A stretch of DNA of 63,752 nucleotides, the filler included, from Lenisia limosa (Eukaryota > Protista > Breviatea): the NCBI GenBank assembly GCA_001655205.1. It is 11 parts of 11 records of this genome, joined end to end, with 100 filler letters (N's around TTAATTAATTAA, not from the genome) between each part and the next. Parts side by side here need not be neighbours in the genome. Positions count along the whole stretch, not along the records: positions 5,618 to 28,788 come from LPNZ01008103.1; 10 more parts are not named here. One strand, given 5' to 3'. This document shows positions 12,900-25,800 of this stretch, in pieces. The notes under the pieces were generated by a model. The model did not search any database. It was given only the letters and a program-made list of their open reading frames with translations, and had not been told where the DNA came from. Every line of letters begins with the position of its first letter. The first letter of the stretch is position 1. The translations under genes were made by a program, and so were the position numbers.

Positions 12900-15800
12900 G
12901 GCACCCCCAAATATGAAGAAGTAATATCAATGAAATGTGTCTCCAACTTAAAGCGGGATTGGGGGGGGGGGGGGNNNNNNNNNNNNNNNNNNNNNNNNNN
13001 NNNNNNNNNNNNNNNNNNNNNNNNNNNNNNNNNNNNNNNNNNNATTTTTGACATCGCTGAACCAAATTCAAAGGAAACATCAGACTCTATCAAAAAATAA
13101 ACATACGTACCTCTCAAATGAACAAACATGACGACTTTAGTCAAGATCATACGACCCCATGTGGCGGAGACTTAAATAGGAATTACAAAACAAACATTTC
13201 AACTCAGTAAAGATGGGTTGGCAGGCCACCCCAGAGCCACTGTTATACAACCAACTGAACCCAAAAAGCCCTTGACTTCAAGAAGCTCCTGGAATCCTTG
13301 GAGGTCCTCTGAAAAGGTAAAATTATCTGTTGCTGATCCTCGGATCATCCTTTTCTGGCATCTCAGTCTTCTATCCAATTAGTCGGCTTTACCCGCAAAA
13401 AAACCTGACACTCACACGTCAGCGACTACCATACCTCCCTCCCCACCCCACCTTGACTTATGGCCCACCCTACCCTGACTTATGGCCTTGGATGAGACAG
13501 TTAAAACATCGACGGGCCCGGCGTGGGAGACAACAATGCGCCACTTCAGGACTATGGTCGGCCTGGGGAGATTAAATAAAAAACCTAAAGAACAGCGACG
13601 GGGGTCTGAAATCTCAAAACAATGCCCAATATCATACAATATCATATACACAAGCACAACAATTATGTCGGGGGAAATATCAATAGCGATGTGACAAAAC
13701 TACTATTTGTTCTGATATACCGCAAACCAAGATGCGAAAGGAAAGTGTGGATTCTCATTACGAGAAGTTATGCATATTTGAATACTCAGATACCCCCCTC
13801 CACCCAGTAGAATGAGGCGAGAATGACAGTTTCGAATGCGTTCGTAGCACAACCCCAGGTAACCTAAATAATAAACAGTGCAAAGCGAAGAACTAGAAAA
13901 GGAAAGAATAATTAACCACATAAATACAGATTCTCGGGTCTAGTATTGTCAGTTTTTAGAAACGATTACCCCCTCCCCACAATGCTGCTTTGTCAAGTAA
14001 AACGGCTCTCTTCTGAGACGCCAATGCGTAGTGACCCAATCCAGAGATGAACTGGTCTACTCGCATGTGTAGAGGAAGGCTGTGGAGGGATGTCAGGATG
14101 ATCAACTGAACGTGCCTGGAAACACAGTTGAACCACTTTACTTGAGTAGACTGCCTTCATAGCACCCCTCCCACCTTTCAACAACTCCCGTTAGATCTCG
14201 CCTCCCAGCCTTGAGAAGCTGCAGTTCAGCCTCCCGCCCCGTGCGTATGACTTCCAGGTTTTCTGGAGGGGGCTGCTCCCCCTCTTTCTGTAAACTCTCC
14301 ACTGAACGGCCTAATGAGTCAGGTACAGCCTGGTCATTCACATGTCATCTAATAAGAGATAGGAAATGAAAATAGGTTGTCATGCTTTTAAGAGACATTG
14401 GATAAGCTATTTACTAGCGGGTTAGAAATACAAGAAACAAACTATTATCTTTTCGTAGATGCGTAAAGCGGAAAGCCCAAGAATGAAGTGTTGTTATTCG
14501 ATTTATCACCTTCCTCAAAATACCATCACGAGCGGCCTGAGGGTCAACTATTGCAGCTTCAGCGCGAGACACAAGACTCTTGCGAAGGACAAGATTAAGT
14601 AGGAAGCCAATGCAGATGGTGGGGTAGCCAACAGTGCTCACGGTACCCTCTATTGAGTATCGATCCTCTGCAAGGTGAAATACACTCGGAGCCCCAAAAG
14701 GGTACAGGGTGGGTGACATTAAACGTTACAATCGAAAAGAATTATGTTAAATAAATGATGAGACAGAGGGTATGCCAACTGCAACTGTAAATGATGAGAC
14801 AAAGGGTATGCCAACTGCAACTGTAAATGATGAGACAGAGGGTATACCAACTACAACTGTAAATGCTGAAATCAATAAATCGATTATTTCTGAGAGTAAA
14901 ACTCAAAGGCCTTGTTGAGCAAACCTTCTTCGGTTGAAAGAACGTATGCATGGTGGACTACAATCTTCGAGGGTTAGTGGTACTGCGGAAACAGGAAGAG
15001 TATACCCTTTGATGCGAAAATGACAACAATAAAGGCCTTTGCAATCCTGTAAACTCATATAATAAAGAGTTGTTTGTTCATCTTCCCACCTTTAATTTAT
15101 CCGACTCATCGTTTTCTGCATCCTTGCCGCCTCTAAGGATCAAGGCACTAGAAATATGAGAACATGGGGTTTCATTTTTGGGATTTTGCCAAAATCGTCA
15201 TAAATTCTAGGGGAATAGGAAACACCACACAAGAAGCAAACAAAACATTTTGAGTATTATATATGTATGTATGTTGTACCGTTTACGAATACCCCCAAAC
15301 AGCTTTTCTGAAGCCAGGTCTACTTTTACCTCAGAAAACCGATCAAACTGAAAGGTGAAAACAAAAACGAAAACGTATTATTATGAATTGATATCACACT
15401 TTCAGGGTTTTCTTCTGAAAGATGCAAAAATAAAATGATGTTATGGTGTTATAACGGTCTGTTCTACTCACTGCTTTAGCTTGATCCATGTATTAACAAT
15501 AACCGTTACACCCGATTATAGTTATGAAACCGCGTCAACTGCAACACCGAATTATTCAGAAGCAAAATGTGGAATAATAATAAATTGTGCAATTTCAATA
15601 ATTTAGAAGGTAACAAGAAAGGGGTGCGTCATCTGTAAACTGTGATATAGTGATACGACGACAGAAGAAGAAAAAAAAATAAAGAACACTAAAAGCTCTT
15701 TCTCAATAGCATGAAAACGTGAGCCCTCTCATTATAATGCTTACATTTTCTTTAACCGAAGGTACATTGAAGTGTTTCGCATGAACATCATCCAAATACG

Positions 15801-15955
15801 CAACGCCAGGTCCTAAAATTGTAGGAGAAACAGTTGAGATCAAGCATCATGACTTTTCCCGATATAATCCTTTAAAATTCAATAATACCCAACCACCAAC
15901 CTTGTCGAAAGGTGTAGGGCGTCAGCGGGAAAATTTCCCAGTCCTCATCGTTCAT
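12900..15955 (-). CDS. Multi-exon gene, tentatively CENP-L-like inner kinetochore protein; 3' end in or near a gap
   Basis: MNDEDWEIFPLTPYTF (cf. CENP-L WTLYSLTPLYKF), CKGLYCCHF (cf. WTGWFCCVF), LQLLKAGRRDLTGVVERHVQ...SLPL (cf. LPLFLANG...IGTWFQ...SPL), TIVLKWRI. Similarity is recalled and weak; several junctions are uncertain. Confidence 0.45.
14753..14865. repeat. 36-bp minisatellite, 3 copies, intronic
   Basis: AAATGATGAGACA(G/A)AGGGTAT(G/A)CCAACT(G/A)CAACTGT units. Confidence 0.92.
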
Positions 15956-16318
15956 TCTGGTTCCTCCAGACTTAGTGTTTCCTTTTTATCCAACTTATAT
16001 TGGTTATTATTTTATTTTACATCAAGACCCTTCCTCAGATTGTCATTATTTGTGCAACATTGAATTTTCAAACAATCAACCTAAAGACAAGATCGATGAT
16101 CAGTATCTCCTTTATTTATTAACGCAAAAAATGAAAACGATTTTCCTTTTATAAAACACAAATCATACATCCATTAATGGGAACCATTAGGAAAGAATAA
16201 TCCAAGAGGTGAAGGGATGACACAGTGTCTGGTTAACTGCAGATCCGTGTTTCCTACACAGTCTCCTTTTGCTACTCGTTGACCAAACTAATAATTTAGA
16301 TCATTAAGAACCGCTGCA

Positions 16319-19300
16319 ATGACAGCAGGTCATGCATTTATTCCCCTCGCCTTTTTCTTGGAGCTTATTCTCTTTGCCAACCTTGCTACCACAGAGCCTT
16401 TCTTCTCCCTCTACCTAAGTGAAAAAGGTTAGTTTATGAAGTATTTATTATTTTATGTTAGTTATTCATTTCATCGAAGCTGTCCACACCAATAGTATAT
16501 TAATTTACCCAACCATTAAAGTAGACTCTTTTCTCTTTTACTATTGATGAAATTTGGTTTAATCCAAAAGGACTTTCGACATCGGTTGTCGGCTTCCTGG
16601 CTGCGTTGCCATTTGCCTTAGCGTTCTTCTTTATCCCAATTCTAACAAGCCTGGCTGATACGTACTATGCTAGAAAAGTATGCTGGGTGATTTTTTAGAA
16701 CCTTTATTTTTCAGCATCAAACCAAATAAGCGGAAACCCTTTTCTTTTACCCCATGTGTTTATTTTACAATTTAGCTTTTGATTGTCCTTGCCGGATGCT
16801 TTTCAGTTTTCTTCTACACCATTTTACGGTTTGTGGACAAACGGTGTAGAAAAACTGTTAAAACATTTTCTACTTATCGGCGATACCACATATGCAATTC
16901 AAAGAATGAACTCCTTTTCTTGAATATTTCATTTCTTACACCATAGTTTTATAGTCACTGGACCTCTATTTTATGTCATCGTGGTGGTCTCCTTATTTGC
17001 TATTGCCAAATCCGTTTTTGGTTAGGGGGTGACAATCTTGGAGGTTCCTTTATTTTAATGATATAGAATAAAGATATCATATCTGATATAGTATATATAC
17101 TACATATGATATGCATACATTTATCATATAATGTAGATAACTCTTCTGCTCTTCCCATAAACTGGGTTTTTTTGTTTGTTTTTAACGAAAACAGTTCCGA
17201 TTGTCGACACCCAGGTTATCAATATGATGTCAAACCCCCTGAACTACGGCCGGCATCGACTTGGTGGCAGCTTCGGATGGGGCGCTGTGGCATTCATCGT
17301 TGCGTGGGCCATGGACCCCAGTATCATGGGTCTTGACGTTCTCTTTGTGGCCCATTTCTTGATCACGTGAGGGGGTGGTTTCTGAGATAGCTTGCAAATC
17401 AGCTAAACCAGACCAAGGTTTCATTTCTGTCCACAACATGACCAACTAGGGCTGTAATGCTCCTCCTATTCGTCATTGCCACCTCCTCACACCCCTGGAT
17501 GCTGTCAAAGCAGCTGGCGGCAGCTGTGGCCTCAAGTCTGGACTCGACAAGACGACAACTCCAGGAAGCCAACCAACGTAAGAGGGAATGGTCATGACGT
17601 GCATATTCGCCTCCAAGACATACAGTGATTGCAACAAGTCTAACACTGATACGGAGCGCTATCTTTTGTCAATTATTTCAGAACTTATCACGGTCAGTGT
17701 ACCTTTAGCTCAAAAATCCTACTCTATCACTTTGAAGCCCTTCCTCCCAAACTTCCACCTTTTTTTAACTGCAAAACAGCTGAAGCACCCGTGCGAGAGC
17801 AGCTCCAACCCGTACCTTCGAAGCTTGCTGAAAAAAGTGAGAATGTGGGGATAGTATCGACAAACAATCTTGGATGAACAATGTCGCTTTTAAGGCTAAC
17901 TACATAGCTGTTGACGTGTCCAACAATGAGTCGCAGCAGAGCGACAATGGCCCTAACACAGTTGTAGAAAGGGAAGAAGAGGGTAATGAAAGCAACAGCG
18001 AACAAAACAAGGAGGAGACCACCTGCAATGAGAGTGTAGAGATGTATACCGAGTCTGTCGATGCCAGCCAGATTGCTGTTGAAGGCAAAGAGGTGCGGAT
18101 TAGGGATGGCCGGGTAAATATTTATTTGGGCATCTCTCAATTTGACCCATTAGTCTATTCCGTCCTCTTCAAGTTCACAAGAGCTCGCAAGAGAAGACGA
18201 AGGTGCGGTAAAAGTAACAATCTCATCAGGACTGATAGACAAGCAGGTAGGTATTGATTCTGTGGTAATCAGTTTTTGCAACTGAATAATTGTACCCTCT
18301 TAGAACCCAGCGTACAAGAGAGACATGTTCCTCTTTTACTTCACCGCTTTCATCGTTGGCGCATCACAGGTAGGCCCTACACTTCTTTTGACAGCGGATG
18401 TTTGTTTTCGTTGTTTCAAACTGTTCTATCCTCTAAGAAGAAGCGAAACTGTTAGGATATGGGAGCTGCCATAATCTAACCCATTAGTCGATCTTAAATG
18501 TTTTCTTCTACATTTTCCTTCAAGAAGAGTTTGACCCTCCAACTGTTGTCTTTGTATGCTTCCATTGTTGGAGTATTTACTGATTTTTCTGATTCAAATG
18601 GGGTAGATACATGTTTATGTTCTCAAAAATCAAACACTCTACACGTAGTTAATATTGTTCCATTTCACAATGTAGGGAATCTGTACAGTTTTCACTGTCA
18701 TTCTTGAGGTGAGCTTAAGAGGAATTGTACATGAAAACTGGCTTTGACGTTTGAAGGCACGTCGTATTCTGATTTAAGCCATTTCTTTGATCAACGTGAT
18801 AGTGATTCACATATCAGGTTCCCTTCTTCTTCTATTCCAATCTACTACTCCGCACGCTTGGTATCAGGTTTGGGGAGCGCATTCCTGAGCCTTTCCCAAC
18901 TTGGCTTCAATACATATTACATTTGGATCGCAATTAAGCCCCACTCACACCCAGGTGGCTGTGTATTATTGCCATGTTGTCGCTCACTATTCGTCATTGC
19001 CTATCCGCGCTCCTGCCAAGTGTCTGGTTTGCCCTACCCGTTCAGGTATGTCATTGTCTCTATTGGTTAAGGATACATATCATATCCATATACCTGCAAG
19101 AGAAACCAATGAATCTTCCCTCAGTAAAAACAGATACAATAACCCCTGTAGCTTCTCCATGGTCCCACCTGGGGTGGCTTCTGGGCAGGCGGAGTGGAAT
19201 TCTCCCGAAGATGTGGAGTTGTTGGCAAGGAGGTTGGATGAGGGTGAATAGAGAGTTCATTGCGTGGATATATTTGTCTCTGGAAGCTAGTCCTTTTGTA

Positions 19301-19667
19301 TTTTCATGGTATCATATCCAAATTTCTTTGGTTTTTGAACCGTATTTCCCCTTATTTGTTTAGACTGCGTCTCAAGGTGTTTTCGTAGGTGTTATCACTG
19401 GTATGTTGAGGGAATATTGTCAGTGTGGGTCTGTGAGTGTGATGAATTCACCAAAAACCGATTTTTTTGTTGTTGTTACTATTTACATTTTTGCCTCGTT
19501 CAAATAACTCGAAAGGTCTTGGCTTCGGGACAGGCAGTGTCATTGGCGGCTTGCTCCTGGCATCAATTGGAGCACGCACCACGTTTTGGCTGTCAGCGGC
19601 TGTCACTTTCGTTTCTACTATTCTTTTCTTTGTAGGAGGGAGTCTCAAGTTCAGAAGCATTGATTGA
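16319..19667 (+). CDS. Major facilitator superfamily transporter, MFSD6/MFS_1-like, with a long acidic central loop
   Basis: EPFFSLYLSEKGLSTSVVGFL..IPILTSLAD; IVDTQVI..NYGRHRLGGSFGWG; VPFFFYSNLLLRTLG; LLHGPTWGGFWAGGV; SQGVF..GLGFGTGSVIGGLL; acidic loop exon ~17874-18110. Confidence 0.88.
16473..16527 (-). repeat. Family C, degenerate internally deleted copy in an MFS intron
   Basis: GAAGCTGTCCACACC...TAGTATATTAATTTACCCAACCATT. Confidence 0.55.
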
Positions 19668-19882
19668 GTGTGCAATTGATGCGACCTTTTATCAGCCACT
19701 TTGCTAACTATCTTAGGTTGCTAATCCTCTCCCTCGTTTTGAGAAGTAGCTGTTTCTTAATTAGGTTATTAGACTTCAATGCAAGGGTTGTTGCATTTTC
19801 ATTCGCTCCTTCAGCAATATAGTAAGCACAAAAATATTATCTCACATCGAAACATCATCAAAACATCGAATAAAAATAATAA

Positions 19883-22800
19883 CTAGGTTGTGGTGGACAT
19901 GGTCATTGTGGACTCTTCTCCAGCAGTAGGCGAGGTCATATCAGAAAAGTCGGTAAACTCCATATCCTTCGGTGGGTTAATGAATCAATCAACTCAAGTT
20001 ATGTGAGATTCTACTCGCCATACCTTCTGGGGCTTCTTCTCACCCCCCTTGCAGCAAACAAAGGCAGCAACAACAATGGCTGAAATGGCAATAATTGACC
20101 CGAGACCAAGTGTTACGGCACCGCCAGGTACACTACAAGATGACATTGGTTGGATAACATGGAGTGAGAAATGAAGCGAAAAGTGGTACTGTTTTACATC
20201 CTATGGCATACACTTCATCCGAGTCACCAGAGGAGACAGTCTCGTCTTCAAGGTTGTCAGTGACATTTGTGGACTCTTCTGAGGAGGATGACGGCTCAAA
20301 CTTGTATCTGGAATTGTAAAAAGCACAATTCACTTTTAAAATCTTGAGGATGTTGGCGATATTTCATTAAATATGTTTTATCACCCCCATCTTTCTTACC
20401 CATAAACAGCCACTTCTGCAGGGGCAGTAATCGTGCAGTTAACAAATGTGGAATCCTAACAATATGTGAAAAATTGAATTAATTGGAAATGGCCCTTGAA
20501 GTGCGTTGAATAAGCAATACCGAATTTGAGAATGAGAAATGAGAAAAGAGTTGAATGAGTAATGTAATATTTCACTGTGTTATCGAAATATCATCATATT
20601 AGTATTACTAGCAGCTACTTATATAATTGCTCTTGGTCAATCACCCAATGTGTACCTGAGTTGTAGGAAGAGATATCTGAGACACAGTGTTGAAGCAGAT
20701 GTAAGACTCATCAGTAGCAAGAGTAGCCAGAGTCGTCTTGTTGTAGCTCAAGATCATTGTGCCAGTCATTGTTTCAACAACTCTGAAGGGGTCAAAAGGC
20801 AATGTCAGAAATGAATTTTTGAACAAAACGAAATCTCACCGAATGGACTGGGATTTAAGTGAAATCGAACGAAGAGTATTGTCACGAGGATAGACAGAAA
20901 TCTAAGATATGAGTCGTAAAAAGATGTAGACAAAGCAGATGTTATCAACAAGAGCGTTGAATATGGGTCTTCAACTTAAAATCCTACCGAGTGGGTGCTC
21001 CAAGTGTCTGAGGGAGAAATTGAAATTTGTCCGTCAACAACATCAGCCATCAAGCCGTCCTTACTCTGACCACCCGACACGTGGACAGTCGAGGCCTCGG
21101 ACACAATCACACTATCCGCGTATTCACCGAGCCTGACAGCAAGATTCTTCAGGAAGGTGTGAGCAGACGTAATATCAGCATCACCGACAGCCACACTGAA
21201 ACCGACGAGCTTGTCAATGATGTCCTTCATCTTAGCGTGATCGACTCCCGTGACCATATGATCATAACGTTTGAGGAGCGTGGTGACCTGGCCAGCCGTC
21301 ACGCGGCTTCTCAATATGTCACTGTTAGTAACGGATACAACACCATCAACACCAAGGTTAGTGACTGTGCTGTTATCGATGAGTTTGACCATGACCGTCA
21401 CTGCATCGTCTGTGGTTAAGCTTGATATGAGACCAAGAGCCTCAATGAAGTCATCGGTTTTCTCAGAGGGACTGCCTGAACGATCGAGAATATCATCGAC
21501 AACCGCGGCATCCAATGGGGTAATTGACAGTGCAGCGGATTCGGCAGATTGAGATGCGCCCGATTCGGCATCATAAGCTGTACACAGCAGTTTGACTGTT
21601 CCGAAGGGCAGGGTGGCGACAGTATCACAACAGGCACAGACCTCTTCAATGACATTATTGTCAATGTCAATAGCATCAAGACGGTACGTAAGGGTATAGG
21701 TGTTGTAGGCGGGACTACTGGCACTGCATGATGTGGTGAAGTTCGTGAACCCTGCATTCCCTGAAACGGGGGTAATGGAATTATACGTGACCAGGGGCTT
21801 ATGATAGGCATTCAGTGCCACGGTTCCAAGACCGACTTCGTTGGTGGTAGTGGACTTGGCGTTAATAGTGACAATAACCGAGTCAGTCACACTGTCCCAG
21901 TTGCTGTGATTGAGAACCAGTGAGTTTCCCGACGCTACAATTGGGTAGTCAGAGTCGGAAACAGAAAGGGTCCAAGTCACGGCCTCTGAAACCGACGAAA
22001 CGTGGAACGTAAGCTGGGTGGTTTCTCCAACAAGCAGTTTATCGGACGTTGTTACAAGGTAAGCAGGGGCTGAAGGACGGGTGAAGAAGGCCGATACCGT
22101 TTCCTTTGCCTCCACGCTGAAGACACGGTTCAGGACCGAGACAGTGAACTCGACAGACTCATCGATGTAGGTTCCGCTTTCAATGTGGAGAGTTAGGTTG
22201 TCAGCAGAAAAAGTCACACCGGATGGACAGTTGATGTTGTTACACAGCCACTATAAAGTCAATATGTTACTTTGAGTCAATGTTGGTTTTAAGAAGGTAA
22301 ATCATGTTTACTATGTATATTTGAATTATTCATTGACATAACAAAATTTTAAAAGTCACTGATTGGTGGTGGAATACATTGAACATTAATGCATCCGTAC
22401 ATGTTGAAAGAAAGTCCAACCTGGGGTGCATCCAGATCAGCAGGGTTGCTGTCTCCGGTAACAACGACAGAAACAGTGTGGTTGAGGAGACGATAGGTAG
22501 GCTCAGAAGGCGCAGTCAAAATAGCAAAAACCGTGGGCAGTGGAGGGATATCAATGACGACGTTGGTTTCACGAGTATACTTGACACCAAGTTGCGTGTG
22601 TTTACAGGAGGCCTTTCCAATGATATGACTATGATGCTCAGTGAACTCCGTTGTGACTTGGAACTTACGGTCGAAGCTTCCAGCCTGTTTTTTTCAATTA
22701 CAGGTGTTTTTGAGGGATTATAAAGATTGTTTGGTTTTTCAGATAACCATTCATTTGATAGGTATTCGCTTAATTTCTTAACACAAACATTTTTCTAACA

Positions 22801-25800
22801 GGTAAATAAAACAAACATACCACAGTGGTGTATGCCCAGGGATCGTCAAGGGTGAATTCGCAGCTGAGATAGGCGGAGTACATCTTGAACTCGAATGTCA
22901 ATTCCTGAAATGTTGTGAAATACAGACAGAATGAACATAAATATTCCGGACTTTTTATTCTGAGAATAATGCTTATGTCACCCCCCCCCCNNNNNNNNNN
23001 NNNNNNNNNNNNNNNNNNNNNNNNNNNNNNNNNNNNNNNNNNNNNNNNNNNNNNNNNNNNNNNNNNNNNNNNNNNNNNNNNNTGTAATTTTTTTTACTGC
23101 CATCTATTGTCTTACGCCAACCGACCTGAGCTGGTCCTGTAATGTTGAGCCGGCTTGCAACAAGATCAAACTGGACAGTCTCAGGTTCTATGGGACAGAA
23201 GGTAAACTCCTTTGAAGTGGCTGACACTGTCTGGTAACCGGCTTTGGTCGCTGTAACAATAACAGTGTGCGTTCCTTCCTCGAAACTACAATATTACGGG
23301 TGAGGTTCTCAGAGTGAGGTAGACATGGTAACATATATTGTGTTGACTAATAAAACACGATGTTATCTCATATACGATCATTACAAATGGAAATAATGCA
23401 ACCAATTACCGTACAGCATAGTATGAAAATATCAAATTATTTATCGGATGTGGGGAGACAGAAAAGCAACCATATGAATATCCATATTAGTTTATGTTTG
23501 AATTATACCAACCCTTCAAGCACGACGTTGGAACCTGTTTTGCCGAGACATGGGGTTCCGCATTCCCAAGAATAAGTTACATCGGCAACTTCAGTTCCAC
23601 CAAAAACCTAAAAGGCTTTGAGACATTTGGATCATGGACCAAGATGCCTGGACGTCACAATATTCAAATGAGGAAAAAAATCAACCCCATACAAATGGCA
23701 AATACGTTTCAGCAGAGAAGTGAATAGACTTAGTGTAATCATCTTCAGTCGGGGTGGTTAGGAAGACCTCCATGAGAGTGGAAGGACCGACTGCAAACTC
23801 CTGGTAGTAGGCAGCAGTCTTATATCCGCCGAAAACAATCTTAGCCACAGCGCCATTTGCGAGGGCTTCAGGCGTGGGGATGGCATCAATGCAACCAAAG
23901 CGAGGGGCAGAAACAGGGAGGGTTACATCGTCAAACTAGGAAGTCAAACGAAACAAAAACAGAAAAAAGTATCAAACTGACAGAGAAATGCCAGGAGGAT
24001 TGCAGGTACAATGAGATCAAATCCAAAATCAGGCAACACACCTGGATATGGTTGCTGAATTGCACTCTGAAGGTAACGTTGACGCAACGAGAAGTGTCGA
24101 ATATCACATTCTCACCTCCCAAAAAAAACTAATCGTAAGAAGGGGTCGAATAGGATTATATCTCACATAGGATCCAACATTGTAGACGAATTCAAGACTC
24201 ATTGGTCCTGTGAAGTTCTGGGAAATAGGGCTGTCAGCGTAAGCCTTTGTGCTATATCCTTCATATAGCCACTCGTTGCCGGTATTGACAGTGACCTGAG
24301 TGGTAAATATAAGACTTTTGAATAATGAAAATAGTTTGATAGCATTGGTCTCGATTTATCTACAGTATGCTTTGCATCAAAATAGAGACAATCTTGGACC
24401 ATCACTCCAAGTTCGCATGTCAAAAACACAGCATGCACCAAGGTAAGCCACTTGTGTTATGTATGCCACTTCTCAATGACCCTCATACGCCATTGAGTAC
24501 GAGAATCAGATCGCTGAGGCGGTTGCCGTTGTACCATGTGGACTGGGCTCTGAGGCGCTGGAGGGCAATGTCCAAGCCAGACATGGTTCCACTGTAGTCC
24601 CACGAGCCGGGGGTGGTGTTGGGAGCTGTTAAGTGAGATATTGTCACATGACAAAGTGAATGGTTGACTTGGTAGGATTTTGTCGCAAAGAGTTAAGGCA
24701 GCATGGACAAATGGTAAGAGTTGGGTATGAATGGAAGAGAGATTAACTCACTATCGGGCTCAGTCATGAAATCCACAAGAGGAGACCAGGAATTTGTGAA
24801 CGACGCTGTCACCTGGAGTGTCAAGACAAAAACTGACAAGTCTACTAGTCAAAAGAAGGGTATCATCAAATGAAGGGATAAAAGTCATTCAAAAGAAAGA
24901 GTCTAATAATAACATGTGATAAACAGCCATTTTATCTCAAGCCAATATTGGATTCATCCAACCGGCATTTCACTGCGGTAGTTCATTGGCATGTCATTTA
25001 AGTCAAAGTTGACTAGTTTGTCTCCCCAAATGAGAGCACCACTTTGCTAAAAATGTCACAAAAAAAGAAATATTCAAACATTCCAACAGTTTCTCTTCTC
25101 AAAACACCCCACTGGTGTCAAAGATTGACCCCCCCCATGATTTGTCTACTCTACTCACTTTCTTTACGTCTCTTATCGTAAATGAATACTCCTTAGGGGT
25201 GAGACTATCTGGGCTGGTAAAAAAAGCTCTTTTGAAATTATCAACATAGAAAAAACAAAATTCTTAACTTACTCATAATGTACTTCGCTGAGTTGGTGAC
25301 CCTATAAGATGAGTTAAAATTACCAATTTCAGCAGTCCAACAGAGAAGGACGAGGTAAAACATAATATGTCCCACAAACACTAAAGCGGTTGACGTTGAT
25401 GAGTAGAGACTGGTCGGAAGTGGGTCGTTAACTGAAGGATCCATTTGCACATAAACATAGTTGGACAACTCGGCGTCTTTGGTAATGTTATTCGTGAAGT
25501 GAGGGGCAGTCTAAAAATGTAAGTGTAGAATCCAGGGGAATGAACTTTTCACTAGATAAAGTTAAAAATTGTGTTCACATTGAAGCATACAAGGAAAGGC
25601 ATAGCTGCGAGTGACAAGTCATGAACAACTTGTTCGGAGAGTTGAAGACGCAGACGAGGATTTGTACCGATTTTTGAGGAGGAATCAATATAGTCAAATT
25701 GGTACTCAGCTTCAATAAGGTAGTACTTGGAGGGCGGTGTGAACGGTTTACTTGCAATAACTTTACCAACTGTCAAGTTAGAAAAAAGTATCATTGTATT

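Noticed and set aside
14575-14670. EG..TVGYPTICIGFLL resembling T4/GH24 lysozyme
   Set aside because: Spacing from the Glu to the TxGY motif is 5 residues too short, the catalytic Asp is absent, and the exon is internal to a longer non-secreted gene model.
21027-21811. Plus-strand ORFs overlapping the REJ exon
   Set aside because: Antisense or alternate-frame shadows of the 413-aa minus-strand exon.
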